From an uncultured bacterium (GTDB lineage: Bacteria; Desulfobacterota_D; UBA1144; Nemesobacterales; UBA2774): 64,000 nt of DNA. Positions 20,009 through 29,762 of the stretch are shown here, piece after piece. Where the stretch lies: NCBI GenBank assembly GCA_963705505.1, contig CAVPJU010000006.1, positions 448,001-512,000 of the forward strand, written 5' to 3'. A program made the position numbers and the translations under genes. Positions within the stretch are counted from its first letter, which is position 1; each line of letters opens with the position of its first letter. The notes under the pieces were generated by a model, which did no database searches, was not told the origin of the DNA, and worked only from the letters and a program-made list of their open reading frames with translations.

Positions 20009-23000
20009 GTTTAACACCTGCCCTTTGCAATACTTTGGACTGCGGTTTTATCTTTTGGGACCTCACTTTGCTCACCAACCGCTCTCTCGATTCTTTCCGA
20101 CGTATCTTGTGTTCGAACAGATGCTGCCCTGAGGGCTTTCGCGGTGACTTTCGCTTCTGAGGTTTACCGGGCATTAGTACAATCACTCTCGTCGGAGGTT
20201 TCGGAGCCGCAGATGCGGGGACAGCGACGAAAGTCGCGGTCTGTTCGATGCGGCTATCGCTCTCTGCGATCACAATCAGTATTGTATGGAGACCTTCGTA
20301 TAAAGATCCCAGTTTCAGCACGGTTCGCAATCGTAATGTTATGTCAGATTGCTGCTTGAGCTTGGGCATCCGACCTGCCGGGATTTTCGAATCGAGGGCC
20401 CACGTAGCGGCGGTCTTCTTCTTTTGCGACCTGTTCTTGCTCATCCGGATCGCTTGGTCGAAGTGTTGACCCCACACGCCTATATTGTCTCTCAGATTGA
20501 CGATTGGAAGTCGCAGGCCATCGAGTGCGGTTTCAACTTCAAAACGGTCGAGCTCTAGCTCGACGCCGTCGAGCCAAACGAAGACTCGCTGTTGTTCGTT
20601 CTCGCCAAGCCCAAGGAAGGACTGAGGTACACCTTCCAGTTCGATCTGGACGGTGACGTCGCGATCATAAGCGCTGGCATGCTTCGGTTCAACGATGTTA
20701 ATCGATCTCGGGCCAGGTAGCGTTTCAGCTAATTGAGTATTTACGTGCGTCTGTTCCTGCTTCACATCGCTCTGCGTGTGTTCTGCCTCTGCCAGCTCTT
20801 GCTCAAGACCGAATGCATGGGCGAGCGCCTCGGCTAAGTCGTTCGCGGCGCTCTCAAACAGTTGCAGCCCACTAATCAAGCTTCGCAGGGTCGGCTCAAT
20901 CCAGCTGAGGTTCAAGTGAACGGAACCAAGATTGATGTCCACTTCAAACCTTCGCGTGCGCAAGTGCGCTCCCGACCAGTCTATCTCCACAACCTGCATG
21001 TTCCAAGCGACCTCAAAGCCGATGGGAATTGTTGGAGAGTGTCCAAGGCGGTCCAGAACACGATCGACAAACCAATCCACTAAAATCCCCGAAATCTCGC
21101 TAGCCAGATTCGCTCCTGGCTCCACATCTCGGAAGCGATCCATTAGATCGTCCACCTCATTGCTGACAGCCTCGATCGCTTCCCAGATTGCGTCCGCAAA
21201 GGAATTGTCTAGAAGATCGTTGATGGTGTTTCGTAATTGATTTCGTGCAGACTGCTTAGCTGATCTGGGAAGAGACTTGTACACAATGTTGTCGGTCAAA
21301 ATCGGTTTGATGAATTTATACACTTCATCAACCAATGCGGAACGGATAGCGTTTCTGCCGGCGCCCGTGGAGAGCATCGAGATGAGCGAACGTAGCTCAG
21401 CGAAAGCAGCGGTAAATGCAGCACCGACCTGAGCGATTAATTGTGATATCTGCTGTGCGAGATCTGCAAGCAGTGCGAGGATATCCAGCGCTAGTTGATT
21501 CAGCTGATTCAACCATTGCTGAACCTGTTCCTGGATAGCTTTGATAACTTCCAACAGATCCTCGAGCAGCTTCTGACCAAGCCGCAAAAGCAGCTTGGTC
21601 ACGAAGAGTTGGAAGCGCTGCCCGGCTATGCCGGCTAACTCATGGGAGAGTGCATCCAGAGTAAGGGGGTCAGGTACAAAGGTGTTATCAGCCAGTTGCT
21701 GAACGAAAGAGCCCTGGTTATCCAGAGGCAATGGCTCTAAGAGCTGGAACATAGCTTCGCGGATGTGTACGCGGGTTTCCGGTGGCAGTGGCCCGAAAAC
21801 TTCCCCCCCAATCCGAAGAACTTCTTGGCATAATTCTTCAATGTCCTCCGCGTTCGAGTTGCCTACCAGTGGCGTCAAGGTATCAACTAGTCCGACTTCA
21901 TCAACATGATCGGCGAGATCGAACATCAGGTCTTGCATTTCTCTCTGTGCAGTAGTCATGAGAATGTCAGTCGTGACGGCGAGACTGCGCCCAAGCAGCA
22001 TGATTAACACACTCGACAGCGCTTCGGTAAAAACACTCTTGTCGATAGGATCGGTATCCCAGGTGAGGATACGGTCGAATACCAGATCCGTGGATAGCGA
22101 CATGGAAGGCATCAGCACTTCGTCAAAATACAGGCGGAGGTCGGGATTTTCGCTCGACACATTTTGCACAATGGGCTCTAGCTGCTGTCGGACACCATCT
22201 TCAAGGAAGCTTGAAAGTCCTCCGGCGAGCGAGCTCAGACTCGCTTGAACATCGGGTCTTCCCTGGGCGTTATTTTTGAATGGCCCAAGCTGTGTCAAGA
22301 GAATCTCAGCAACCTGGGATAGTCCTGCAGCTACTTTGTCCTGGAAAATTTCCAAAAAGACCTTTACGTCCGGCGCGAGAGCGATGGCAAGCTGGACGCC
22401 CTCAGTCAACAGATACTGGATGAGCTCGTTCAGTTGTAATGCACTGGTAGTATTGTTGCCGCGAATTTCACGACGAATGTCACTTCCCGGGTCGGACACC
22501 ACCGATCCAGTGAAACTTTGTTGAGCGCTTGCCGGATTAAGACCCACTAGTGAGAAGGAGGCCCGTGCTTGGGGCTGGTCGAGTCGATCTGAGCAAACGC
22601 GCATCAATTCCATAGCAGCCCACAGGATCGCCACAGGTTTTCGAGGCAGTGTCGCATTAGGACTAACCGCGTCGAGCGCGGCAACGGCGAGCGGTACGAG
22701 CTCGGACCAGTAGCTGAGGCTTGTGGTCGCGAAGGGGTCATCTGGACACTGCGTCATCTTCAAGCCGAGTGCGCTAATTGCAGAATTGGCTGTATCCCAA
22801 CTGTTGCCGCTGAGCGTGGCAAGCTCGGATTCGAGGGTTTGTTGCAAATTGAGGAGACCAGCGGTTGCGATGCGCTGCAACAGGTAGCGCTGGCTTTCTT
22901 CCAAGATGACTTGGCAGCAGCGAAGAGCCAAACGCTTGGCACCGTCGGATGTGACTGGTACAGGCTCAGTTCCATTACCAAGCAGGATTCCGATCTCGTA

Positions 23001-23759
23001 AGCGGTACGGAAGGCAATCTTTGCCGGGGCTGAGAAAGCTCTAACAATGGACGCTTCGTTGATGGCCGTGGGTGGTAGCTGGCCTATAATCTGCGAAACG
23101 ACTTCATCGACGACCACGTCCACTGAGCGGCTCACCAGGCGGTCGAAGTTCGTGATGCCAGCATTGACGAAAAATCGAAATCCCGCGCCTGCTTTGAGGC
23201 CAGCTCCCATCTCAAAGAGGAAATTGAAACCGGGCTTTTCGTTCTGTGTAGGACCTTGCAGAGCACGTCCTGTTACTACAAGGTTCACATAGGCCATGGC
23301 GGAAGCGGCCGCCTTCGCATATAGGCCTCCGCCGAATGTTACTTCATCGAGAAAAATCACGAAGAGTTTCAGCGGTAAACCTTTCACCTTTAGGTCGTTC
23401 TGAACCAGGCTTAGTAGATCTCCTGCGCTTAAGCCAAGCCTTAGAGAAACGCCAGCCGCGGCCTCAGCTGATAGCTTGAGACGCACAGCGAGGCCGATCT
23501 CATCGAATAGGTTAAGCGGCACCTGCACTTGGCCTGTGATACGCACTTCGGCCATGGCTTGGCCGGTCAGCTCGGCGGCGATATATTTTTGGAAATTTGC
23601 ATCAAGGTTAATATATGCGCCTAAGCCAAGGTCGAAGGCAATTCCGTGCCTGACCTCAGCCTTGAGTGTGGCAAGAACGTTCCCCTGTATCCCCGCACTT
23701 CCCCAAGGACTGGAAGCACCGGCGGCTGCAGTGACAATTGGCTGGTCCAAATTCGGCAT
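20001..23759 (-). CDS. Hypothetical protein (1252 aa), island cargo gene 1
   Basis: Uninterrupted 3.76 kb ORF; Gly/Ala-rich alternating beta-strand N-terminus, long helical/coiled-coil middle, beta-rich region near the C-terminus, basic tail. Confidence 0.9.
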   Translation of the reverse strand: MPNLDQPIVTAAAGASSPWGSAGIQGNVLATLKAEVRHGIAFDLGLGAYINLDANFQKYIAAELTGQAMAEVRITGQVQVPLNLFDEIGLAVRLKLSAEAAAGVSLRLGLSAGDLLSLVQNDLKVKGLPLKLFVIFLDEVTFGGGLYAKAAASAMAYVNLVVTGRALQGPTQNEKPGFNFLFEMGAGLKAGAGFRFFVNAGITNFDRLVSRSVDVVVDEVVSQIIGQLPPTAINEASIVRAFSAPAKIAFRTAYEIGILLGNGTEPVPVTSDGAKRLALRCCQVILEESQRYLLQRIATAGLLNLQQTLESELATLSGNSWDTANSAISALGLKMTQCPDDPFATTSLSYWSELVPLAVAALDAVSPNATLPRKPVAILWAAMELMRVCSDRLDQPQARASFSLVGLNPASAQQSFTGSVVSDPGSDIRREIRGNNTTSALQLNELIQYLLTEGVQLAIALAPDVKVFLEIFQDKVAAGLSQVAEILLTQLGPFKNNAQGRPDVQASLSSLAGGLSSFLEDGVRQQLEPIVQNVSSENPDLRLYFDEVLMPSMSLSTDLVFDRILTWDTDPIDKSVFTEALSSVLIMLLGRSLAVTTDILMTTAQREMQDLMFDLADHVDEVGLVDTLTPLVGNSNAEDIEELCQEVLRIGGEVFGPLPPETRVHIREAMFQLLEPLPLDNQGSFVQQLADNTFVPDPLTLDALSHELAGIAGQRFQLFVTKLLLRLGQKLLEDLLEVIKAIQEQVQQWLNQLNQLALDILALLADLAQQISQLIAQVGAAFTAAFAELRSLISMLSTGAGRNAIRSALVDEVYKFIKPILTDNIVYKSLPRSAKQSARNQLRNTINDLLDNSFADAIWEAIEAVSNEVDDLMDRFRDVEPGANLASEISGILVDWFVDRVLDRLGHSPTIPIGFEVAWNMQVVEIDWSGAHLRTRRFEVDINLGSVHLNLSWIEPTLRSLISGLQLFESAANDLAEALAHAFGLEQELAEAEHTQSDVKQEQTHVNTQLAETLPGPRSINIVEPKHASAYDRDVTVQIELEGVPQSFLGLGENEQQRVFVWLDGVELELDRFEVETALDGLRLPIVNLRDNIGVWGQHFDQAIRMSKNRSQKKKTAATWALDSKIPAGRMPKLKQQSDITLRLRTVLKLGSLYEGLHTILIVIAESDSRIEQTATFVAVPASAAPKPPTRVIVLMPGKPQKRKSPRKPSGQHLFEHKIRRKESRERLVSKVRSQKIKPQSKVLQRAGVKHA

Positions 23760-24109
23760 TAGGCAAGCATCCTTACAATAGAAGGCTAACTAATAATAAG
23801 AACGCAATTAATGCAAAATTACATTCGAAATGAAGGGTTTTACAATATAATTCGCTATTAATCCTGATACTACAACAATTATAATTTCTCGTCAACAAGG
23901 TATATAGAAACAGAATAGAGGCAAAGCAAAAACTATTAGATCAGTTTGTTGTGATCATGTTCAATAATTATATTAGCTTCCCGAATGACGATATTGAAGT
24001 AAGATTTCAGATAAAATCGTAATATAACTTTGTTCACAAAACAATTAAGTATCAACAAGAATGTTTCTTTATAGAACAGAAAAAGGGAAACACAATTGTG
24101 GATTTCTGG

Positions 24110-24781
24110 CTATAACGTAAGCACGTTGTGCACGTTGTGCCCGCCGCTCGCCGCGACTTCGAGAGCCCTCTTTACGTGCTCCTGCCCTTTCACCTCGTGG
24201 AAATCGACGTCGTAGGTCTTTGCCTTTGTGAATATCGATCCTATATCTATCCTCGTCGGAGGGATTTCCTTTTTGCCTGCGAGAAACTCGATTAATTCCT
24301 GGAGGGATTCTATCGCGAATACGTCAACACCCTCGACGACCGCGGCTTCTTCCGCGTTTTCTTTAGGGAGAAATATTCCCTTGAGCCCCGAGTCCCTCAC
24401 GCAAATAGAAGAGGGCAATGCGCCCTTAATCGGCTTTACCCTGCCGTCGAGTGAGAGCTCGCCGAGGATTACATACCTGCTCAGGAGCTCGTGGTCTATC
24501 AGTCCTATCGCGGAGAGGATTCCAAGCGAGATGGGGAGGTCGAAGGCCGAGCCCTCTTTCCTTATGTCGGCGGGGGCCAGGTTGACCGTGATCCTTCTGG
24601 AAGGGAATTCGTAGCCGCAGTTCTTTATAGCCGCCCTCACTCTCTCCTTGCTTTCCCTGACCGCGCCTTCGGGGAGGCCTACTGTGTTGAACTGCGGGAG
24701 CCCGAACGCGAGGTCCACCTCGACATCCACCAGGTAGGCGTCGACTCCGAGTACTGCGCTGCTCAGGACTTTTGACATCAT
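24110..24781 (-). pseudogene. comM: ComM/YifB, N-terminal fragment (Lon-like ChlI domain)
   Basis: VGLPEGAVRESKERVRAA, ITVNLAPADIRKEGSAFDLPI, GELSLDG, VKGQEHVKRALEVAASGGHNV, then junction-derived HNVLTL-stop. Confidence 0.95.
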
Positions 24782-24973
24782 GTTAGCGGGGCCTATTGCA
24801 ACCTTAAATGCCTTTTTTATATCGGGTTATGAAATAAAAATCAATCTAAGAACTAAAATAGTATTTTACCCTGACCTGCTCGAACATCTTTTGTCTTGAG
24901 GACAATCCTCCGGGTATGCAGGGATCCTAGTAAAAAACGTTCGGCAACGAGGGCATTAATCTCACTTTTACAA

Positions 24974-25030
24974 TTGACAACCCGGGCATTCTTATTAATA
25001 TTTATAGCAGTCTAAGTAAGTACTTACTTA
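24974..25030 (+). promoter_or_regulatory. Sigma-70 promoter and perfect 18-bp palindromic operator upstream of the RND operon
   Basis: TTGACA 24974-24979, N16, TAATAT 24996-25001; TAAGTAAGTACTTACTTA 25013-25030. Confidence 0.65.
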
Positions 25031-25218
25031 CACTTTCTTCAAAGCTTTTCACCGGACGGGCAGTAGAATGAAGAACCTGATATATGCTGGTAATTTATAA
25101 TTACGGCTGACAAATGATCAGACCCGCAGGCTTTCGGGTGCGGGTCTTGAGGTATTGTGAAAGTGGATGAAATTCGCTCCGGGCTTTTTCGAATAGTGAG
25201 GACGGGAGGAAAAATTTT

Positions 25219-26412
25219 ATGACTCGTCTATGGTCGCAATACCTTATCACGATTGCGGCATCTTTGATGCTTATCACGGCTTGTTCCGGGGATAGTAATA
25301 AGCAGGCTGAAAAAGCGGCACAGAAAGCTCAGGGAGCGGCTGTTCCCGTGAGGGTGGCCAGCGTAAAGCAAAAGGACGTGCCTGTTCAGCTTCACGCAGT
25401 GGGCAACGTCGAAGAGTATTCAAAGGTGGACGTAAAGCCCCAGGTGGACGGAGAGCTCGCGCGGATCTACTTCAACGAAGGTGATAACGTAAAGAAGGGC
25501 GAGCTGCTTTTTCTCCTGGACACACGCCCGTTCGAATACGCGCTCCGGGTATCCGAAGCCAACATGGCGAGGGATACTGCTCAGATGAAAAAGGCGAAAG
25601 AGGACGCCAGGCGGTACGAGGACCTGGTCAAGAGGGGGGTCGTCTCAGAGCAGCAGTATGAGCAGTACAGCGCGGATTATCAGGCCCTCGAAGCGACCGT
25701 CAAGGCCGACGAGGCCGCGGTCGAAAAAGCCGGGCTCGATCTCGAGTACTGCTCCATAAGCTCTCCGATTGACGGGCGCATAGGCGAGATACTGGTCCAT
25801 GTCGGAAACACCGTTGAGAAGAGGTCTACACTTCTTGCCGTTATTAATCAGACGAAGCCCGTATATGTAAATTTTTCACTGCCCGAGCAGTACTTATCCG
25901 ACGTCAGAAATTATTTGGCTTCCGAAGGTAGTCTCAAAGTATACGCCGACATTCCCAAAGGAAAATCCGGGCCTCCCGAAGGTTCCTTGAAAGAAGAGCC
26001 GGCATCGGAAACGACCGTGTCCGAGACAGTTACGGGGGAGCTCAGCTTTATTAATAACGAGGTGAACGAGTCTACGGGCACGATTATGCTGAAGGGGGTC
26101 TTTCAGAATGACGACGAGGCTCTCTGGCCGGGCAAATTCGTAAATGTGTCGCTTACACTCACTATGCAGCAGGATGCTATCCTGATACCGGCAAAGGCCG
26201 TTCAGACGAGCAGGGACGGGACATACGTTTTCGTGGTCACACCCGATTCCACGGTGGAGTCCCGGCCTGTTGTGGAAGGGGTCAAAGCCGGTCAGGACGT
26301 CGTGATACTTAAGGGGCTTAAGCCCGGAGAGCGTGTAGTTACGGAGGGACACCTTCGTCTCGCTCCCGGCGTAAAGGTGACTATAAAGGACGGCAACGAA
26401 AATGAGGTTTGA
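25219..26412 (+). CDS. RND efflux periplasmic adaptor (MdtA-like lipoprotein)
   Basis: Lipobox ITAC; VKPQVDGEL, SISSPIDGRIG, LWPGKFV, GLKPGERVVTEG. Confidence 0.92.
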   Translation: MTRLWSQYLITIAASLMLITACSGDSNKQAEKAAQKAQGAAVPVRVASVKQKDVPVQLHAVGNVEEYSKVDVKPQVDGELARIYFNEGDNVKKGELLFLLDTRPFEYALRVSEANMARDTAQMKKAKEDARRYEDLVKRGVVSEQQYEQYSADYQALEATVKADEAAVEKAGLDLEYCSISSPIDGRIGEILVHVGNTVEKRSTLLAVINQTKPVYVNFSLPEQYLSDVRNYLASEGSLKVYADIPKGKSGPPEGSLKEEPASETTVSETVTGELSFINNEVNESTGTIMLKGVFQNDDEALWPGKFVNVSLTLTMQQDAILIPAKAVQTSRDGTYVFVVTPDSTVESRPVVEGVKAGQDVVILKGLKPGERVVTEGHLRLAPGVKVTIKDGNENEV

Positions 26413-26484
26413 GGAATCCTGGTGTGAGAACAGGCGTAGAAGATATATATCCGGTCTCAGCGCTCAGACGGGGGAAAGCGCGAG

Positions 26485-29400
26485 TTGAATATATCCGGGA
26501 TTTTCATACGCAGGCCCATTATGACGACGCTCATAATGTTGGGCATTCTGCTTTTCGGTATCGTGGGTTACAGGTCTTTACCAGTGAGCGACCTTCCGAA
26601 CGTCGATTTTCCTACGCTCCTGGTATCGGCCAGCCTTCCCGGAGCGAGCCCCGAAACGATGGCGTCATCAGTCGCCACACCGCTCGAGCGTCAGTTCTCC
26701 ACGATCGAAGGCCTGAGCTCCATGAGCTCGGTAAACGCGCTGGGATCGACTCAAATCACTCTTCAGTTCGACCTCAGCAGGCAGCTTGACTCAGCCGCCC
26801 AGGACGTTCAGACGGCGATTTCCCGCGCCACGCCGCTGCTCCCTCCGGACATGCCCCAGCCGCCCACTTACAGGAAGGTGAATCCCGCAGACCAGCCCAT
26901 CCTGTATTATGCGGTGATCTCGGAAACCCTCCCGCTCTGGGAGCTTAACGAGTACGCGGATACCATCATGGCGCAGCGTATTTCCATGGTCAGCGGCGTT
27001 GCACAGGTACAGATCTTCGGCGCTCAGAAATACGCAGTGAGGATACAGCTCGACCCCGACGCGCTCAGCAGCAAAGGCATCGGCATAAATGAAGTCCAGG
27101 ACGCCGTGAGTAACGCGAACGTCAATATGCCGACCGGGACTCTATACGGTCACGACAAGGCCTTTACCGTGCTCGCGACGGGACAGCTTTATAATGCGGA
27201 GCCGTACCGCGATATCATCGTCGCTTACCGTGACGGATCTCCCGTGCGCCTCGGTCAGCTGGGAAGGGTGATCGACGGGGTCGAAGAGGATAAGAACGCC
27301 GCCTGGTTCGTAACGCCCCAGGGCTCGATTAGGGCGATAGTGCTCGCCGTTCAGCGTCAGCCCGGGACGAATTCGACCGCTGTCGCGGACGCGGTCAAAG
27401 AGGTCATACCGAAACTCGAGTCTTATCTTCCGCCCTCGGTTCATCTGCAGCTTCTGTATGACCGTTCCGCTTCTATAAGGGAATCGATGTCCGAGGTCAG
27501 GTTCACGATGATGCTGACGCTGGGTCTCGTTGTAATGGTCATATTCCTGTTCCTGAGAAATATTTCCGCCACGGTTATTCCGAGCCTTGCGCTCCCTCTC
27601 TCTATCGTGGGGACCTTCGTCGTCATGTATATGCTCGGTTTCAGCATGAATAACCTTTCCATGATGGCGCTCATCCTGGCTACCGGTTTTGTTGTCGACG
27701 ACGCCATAGTGATGCTCGAGAACATCGTGCGGCACCTGGAGATGGGAAAGACCCCCCTTCAGGCGGCTCTGGACGGCTCCAGGGAAATCAGCTTTACGCT
27801 CGTTTCCATGACGCTCTCGCTCGCCGCGGTGTTTATTCCGGTGCTCCTTATGGGAGGGGTCATAGGCAGACTGTTCAACGAGTTCGCGGTATCGATCACT
27901 GCCTCAATACTCATCTCCGGTTTCGTATCGCTCACTCTTACGCCCATGCTCTGCAGCCGGTTCCTCCGCAGCGAGAAGGAGAAAAAACACGGCCGATTGT
28001 ATAATGTGACCGAGAAATATTTTGACACCATGTTCAGGGCGTACGAATGGAGCCTGAGGCGCGTGCTCGATCACCGCAGGGCATTTTTGATTTTAAACGG
28101 AATAATACTTATCATCACCGCCTTCCTTTTTGTGAAGATACCGAAGGGGTTTCTCCCTAACGAAGACCAGGGCACGATATTCACGATTACCGAAGCCCCA
28201 CAGGGGACGTCGTTTGATAAAATGATCGAATATCAGAAGGCCGTGGCCGATGTGGTGCGTACGAGCCCTTACATCGACGCGTTTTTTTCGGCCATAGGCT
28301 CGGGAGGGTCCGGAACGTCGGGACTCAATCAGGGACGCATGTTCTTCCACCTTATTCCCCGCTCGGAGCGCCCGTCTTCGTTTGAGATCATCGAGGAGCT
28401 TCGACCGAAGCTCGCAGAGGTGCCGGGGGTCACCGCGTTTATGCAGGACCTGCCGGAGATACGGCTCGGGGGACAGCTGACAAAAAGCGCTTATCAATTC
28501 ACGATTCAGAGCCCTGATCTCGACGAGCTTTACAAATATGCTCCCATACTCGAGGAAAAAATGCGGACGATGCCCGAGCTTCAGGACGTGACGAGCGACC
28601 TCGAGATAAAGAATCCGCAGGTGAACGTCGATATCGACCGCGATAAAGCCGCCGTTCTGGGCGTATCGGCGGGGCAGATAGAGAACGCGCTCTACAACGC
28701 CTACGGCGACAGGTGGGTTTCGACAATATACGCGCCTACGAATCAGTATAAGGTGATAATGGAGCTTGAGCCCCAGTATCAGATGGATACGGACGCCCTG
28801 TCGAAGCTCTATATCAATTCGTCGGACAAGCGTTTGATCCCGCTCGATACGGTCGCGACTTTTAAAGAGGACCTCGGCCCCAAGACCATAAACCATCTGG
28901 GGCAGTTCCCTGCCGTAACGATTTCATTCAATCTTAAACCCGGGGTTGCTCTCGGGGACGCCGTAAGCAGCATTAACAAGGTTGCAAGCGATACACTGCC
29001 CCCGAATATGAGCACCACGTTCCAGGGAGTTGCGCAGGAGTTCCAGAAATCGCTCGGAGGGCTCGGGCTCCTCCTGCTTTTCTCGATCCTGGTCATATAT
29101 ATGATTTTGGGCATTCTCTACGAGAGCTTCATTCATCCAATAACGATCCTCTCCGGGCTCCCGTCTGCGGGCTTCGGGGCACTTTTGATCCTTATGATTT
29201 TCGGGATGGAATTGAACGTGTACGGATTCGTAGGGCTGATAATGCTCATAGGCATAGTCAAGAAAAATGCGATCATGCAGATCGACTTCGCATTGGATGC
29301 CCAGAGGAATGAGGGGAAGAGCCCGGTCGATGCGATATACCAGGGCTGTCTCATCCGTTTCCGTCCGATCATGATGACTACGATGGCCGCGATGCTGGGC

Positions 29401-29616
29401 GCGCTGCCCCTCGCACTCGGCCACGGCGCGGGAGCCGAGTCCCGCCGTCCGCTGGGCATGACCGTAGTGGGGGGACTGATTTTCTCGCAGCTCATCACCC
29501 TTTACCTCACACCTGTCTTCTACATCTATATGGACAAGTTCCAGAGCTTCGTTCCTAAATTTTCCCTCGGCCGCCTGAGAGGAAAGCGGTCGGGAGAAAC
29601 CTACGCTTCGCGCTGA
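26485..29616 (+). CDS. RND efflux permease (MdtB/MdtC-like)
   Basis: FIRRPIMTTL, GFVVDDAIVMLENI, GIVKKNAIM, RFRPIMMTT; 1043 aa. Confidence 0.95.
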   Translation: MNISGIFIRRPIMTTLIMLGILLFGIVGYRSLPVSDLPNVDFPTLLVSASLPGASPETMASSVATPLERQFSTIEGLSSMSSVNALGSTQITLQFDLSRQLDSAAQDVQTAISRATPLLPPDMPQPPTYRKVNPADQPILYYAVISETLPLWELNEYADTIMAQRISMVSGVAQVQIFGAQKYAVRIQLDPDALSSKGIGINEVQDAVSNANVNMPTGTLYGHDKAFTVLATGQLYNAEPYRDIIVAYRDGSPVRLGQLGRVIDGVEEDKNAAWFVTPQGSIRAIVLAVQRQPGTNSTAVADAVKEVIPKLESYLPPSVHLQLLYDRSASIRESMSEVRFTMMLTLGLVVMVIFLFLRNISATVIPSLALPLSIVGTFVVMYMLGFSMNNLSMMALILATGFVVDDAIVMLENIVRHLEMGKTPLQAALDGSREISFTLVSMTLSLAAVFIPVLLMGGVIGRLFNEFAVSITASILISGFVSLTLTPMLCSRFLRSEKEKKHGRLYNVTEKYFDTMFRAYEWSLRRVLDHRRAFLILNGIILIITAFLFVKIPKGFLPNEDQGTIFTITEAPQGTSFDKMIEYQKAVADVVRTSPYIDAFFSAIGSGGSGTSGLNQGRMFFHLIPRSERPSSFEIIEELRPKLAEVPGVTAFMQDLPEIRLGGQLTKSAYQFTIQSPDLDELYKYAPILEEKMRTMPELQDVTSDLEIKNPQVNVDIDRDKAAVLGVSAGQIENALYNAYGDRWVSTIYAPTNQYKVIMELEPQYQMDTDALSKLYINSSDKRLIPLDTVATFKEDLGPKTINHLGQFPAVTISFNLKPGVALGDAVSSINKVASDTLPPNMSTTFQGVAQEFQKSLGGLGLLLLFSILVIYMILGILYESFIHPITILSGLPSAGFGALLILMIFGMELNVYGFVGLIMLIGIVKKNAIMQIDFALDAQRNEGKSPVDAIYQGCLIRFRPIMMTTMAAMLGALPLALGHGAGAESRRPLGMTVVGGLIFSQLITLYLTPVFYIYMDKFQSFVPKFSLGRLRGKRSGETYASR

Positions 29617-29733
29617 GCGATGTCATTCAGGGATTCATCGGGTCTATCCTTATTTGAATGAAGACGAATAAGAGCGGGAGTGTTTTGAGACCGTGTAATT
29701 CCGATTCGGCAAAAGCGCGCCCGGGATTTTATG

Positions 29734-29762
29734 TTGACATATAATAGTGAATATCCTAAACT
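29734..29762 (+). promoter_or_regulatory. Sigma-70 promoter upstream of thiL
   Basis: TTGACA-N17-TAAACT. Confidence 0.5.

Larger units (their letters stand above)
18009..24124. mobile_element. Genomic island inserted in comM, no recombinase gene visible
   Basis: comM halves rejoin in frame across it; shared core AGCAC at 18004-18008 and 24120-24124; contains two unknown genes and an AT-rich spacer. Confidence 0.88.

Noticed and set aside
18004..24124. Tn7/AbaR-type transposon in comM (5-bp AGCAC duplication)
   Set aside because: Ends do not read TGT...ACA, and I see no repeated TnsB-site arrays or tns/tni genes
17127..24781. Intein or group I/II intron in comM
   Set aside because: The N-terminal half ends in a stop, and the insert has two unrelated ORFs with no RT, homing endonuclease or splice-junction motifs
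27142..29498. Long antisense ORFs inside the RND permease (and similar ones inside other genes)
   Set aside because: Shadow ORFs expected from codon bias; no motifs or RBS
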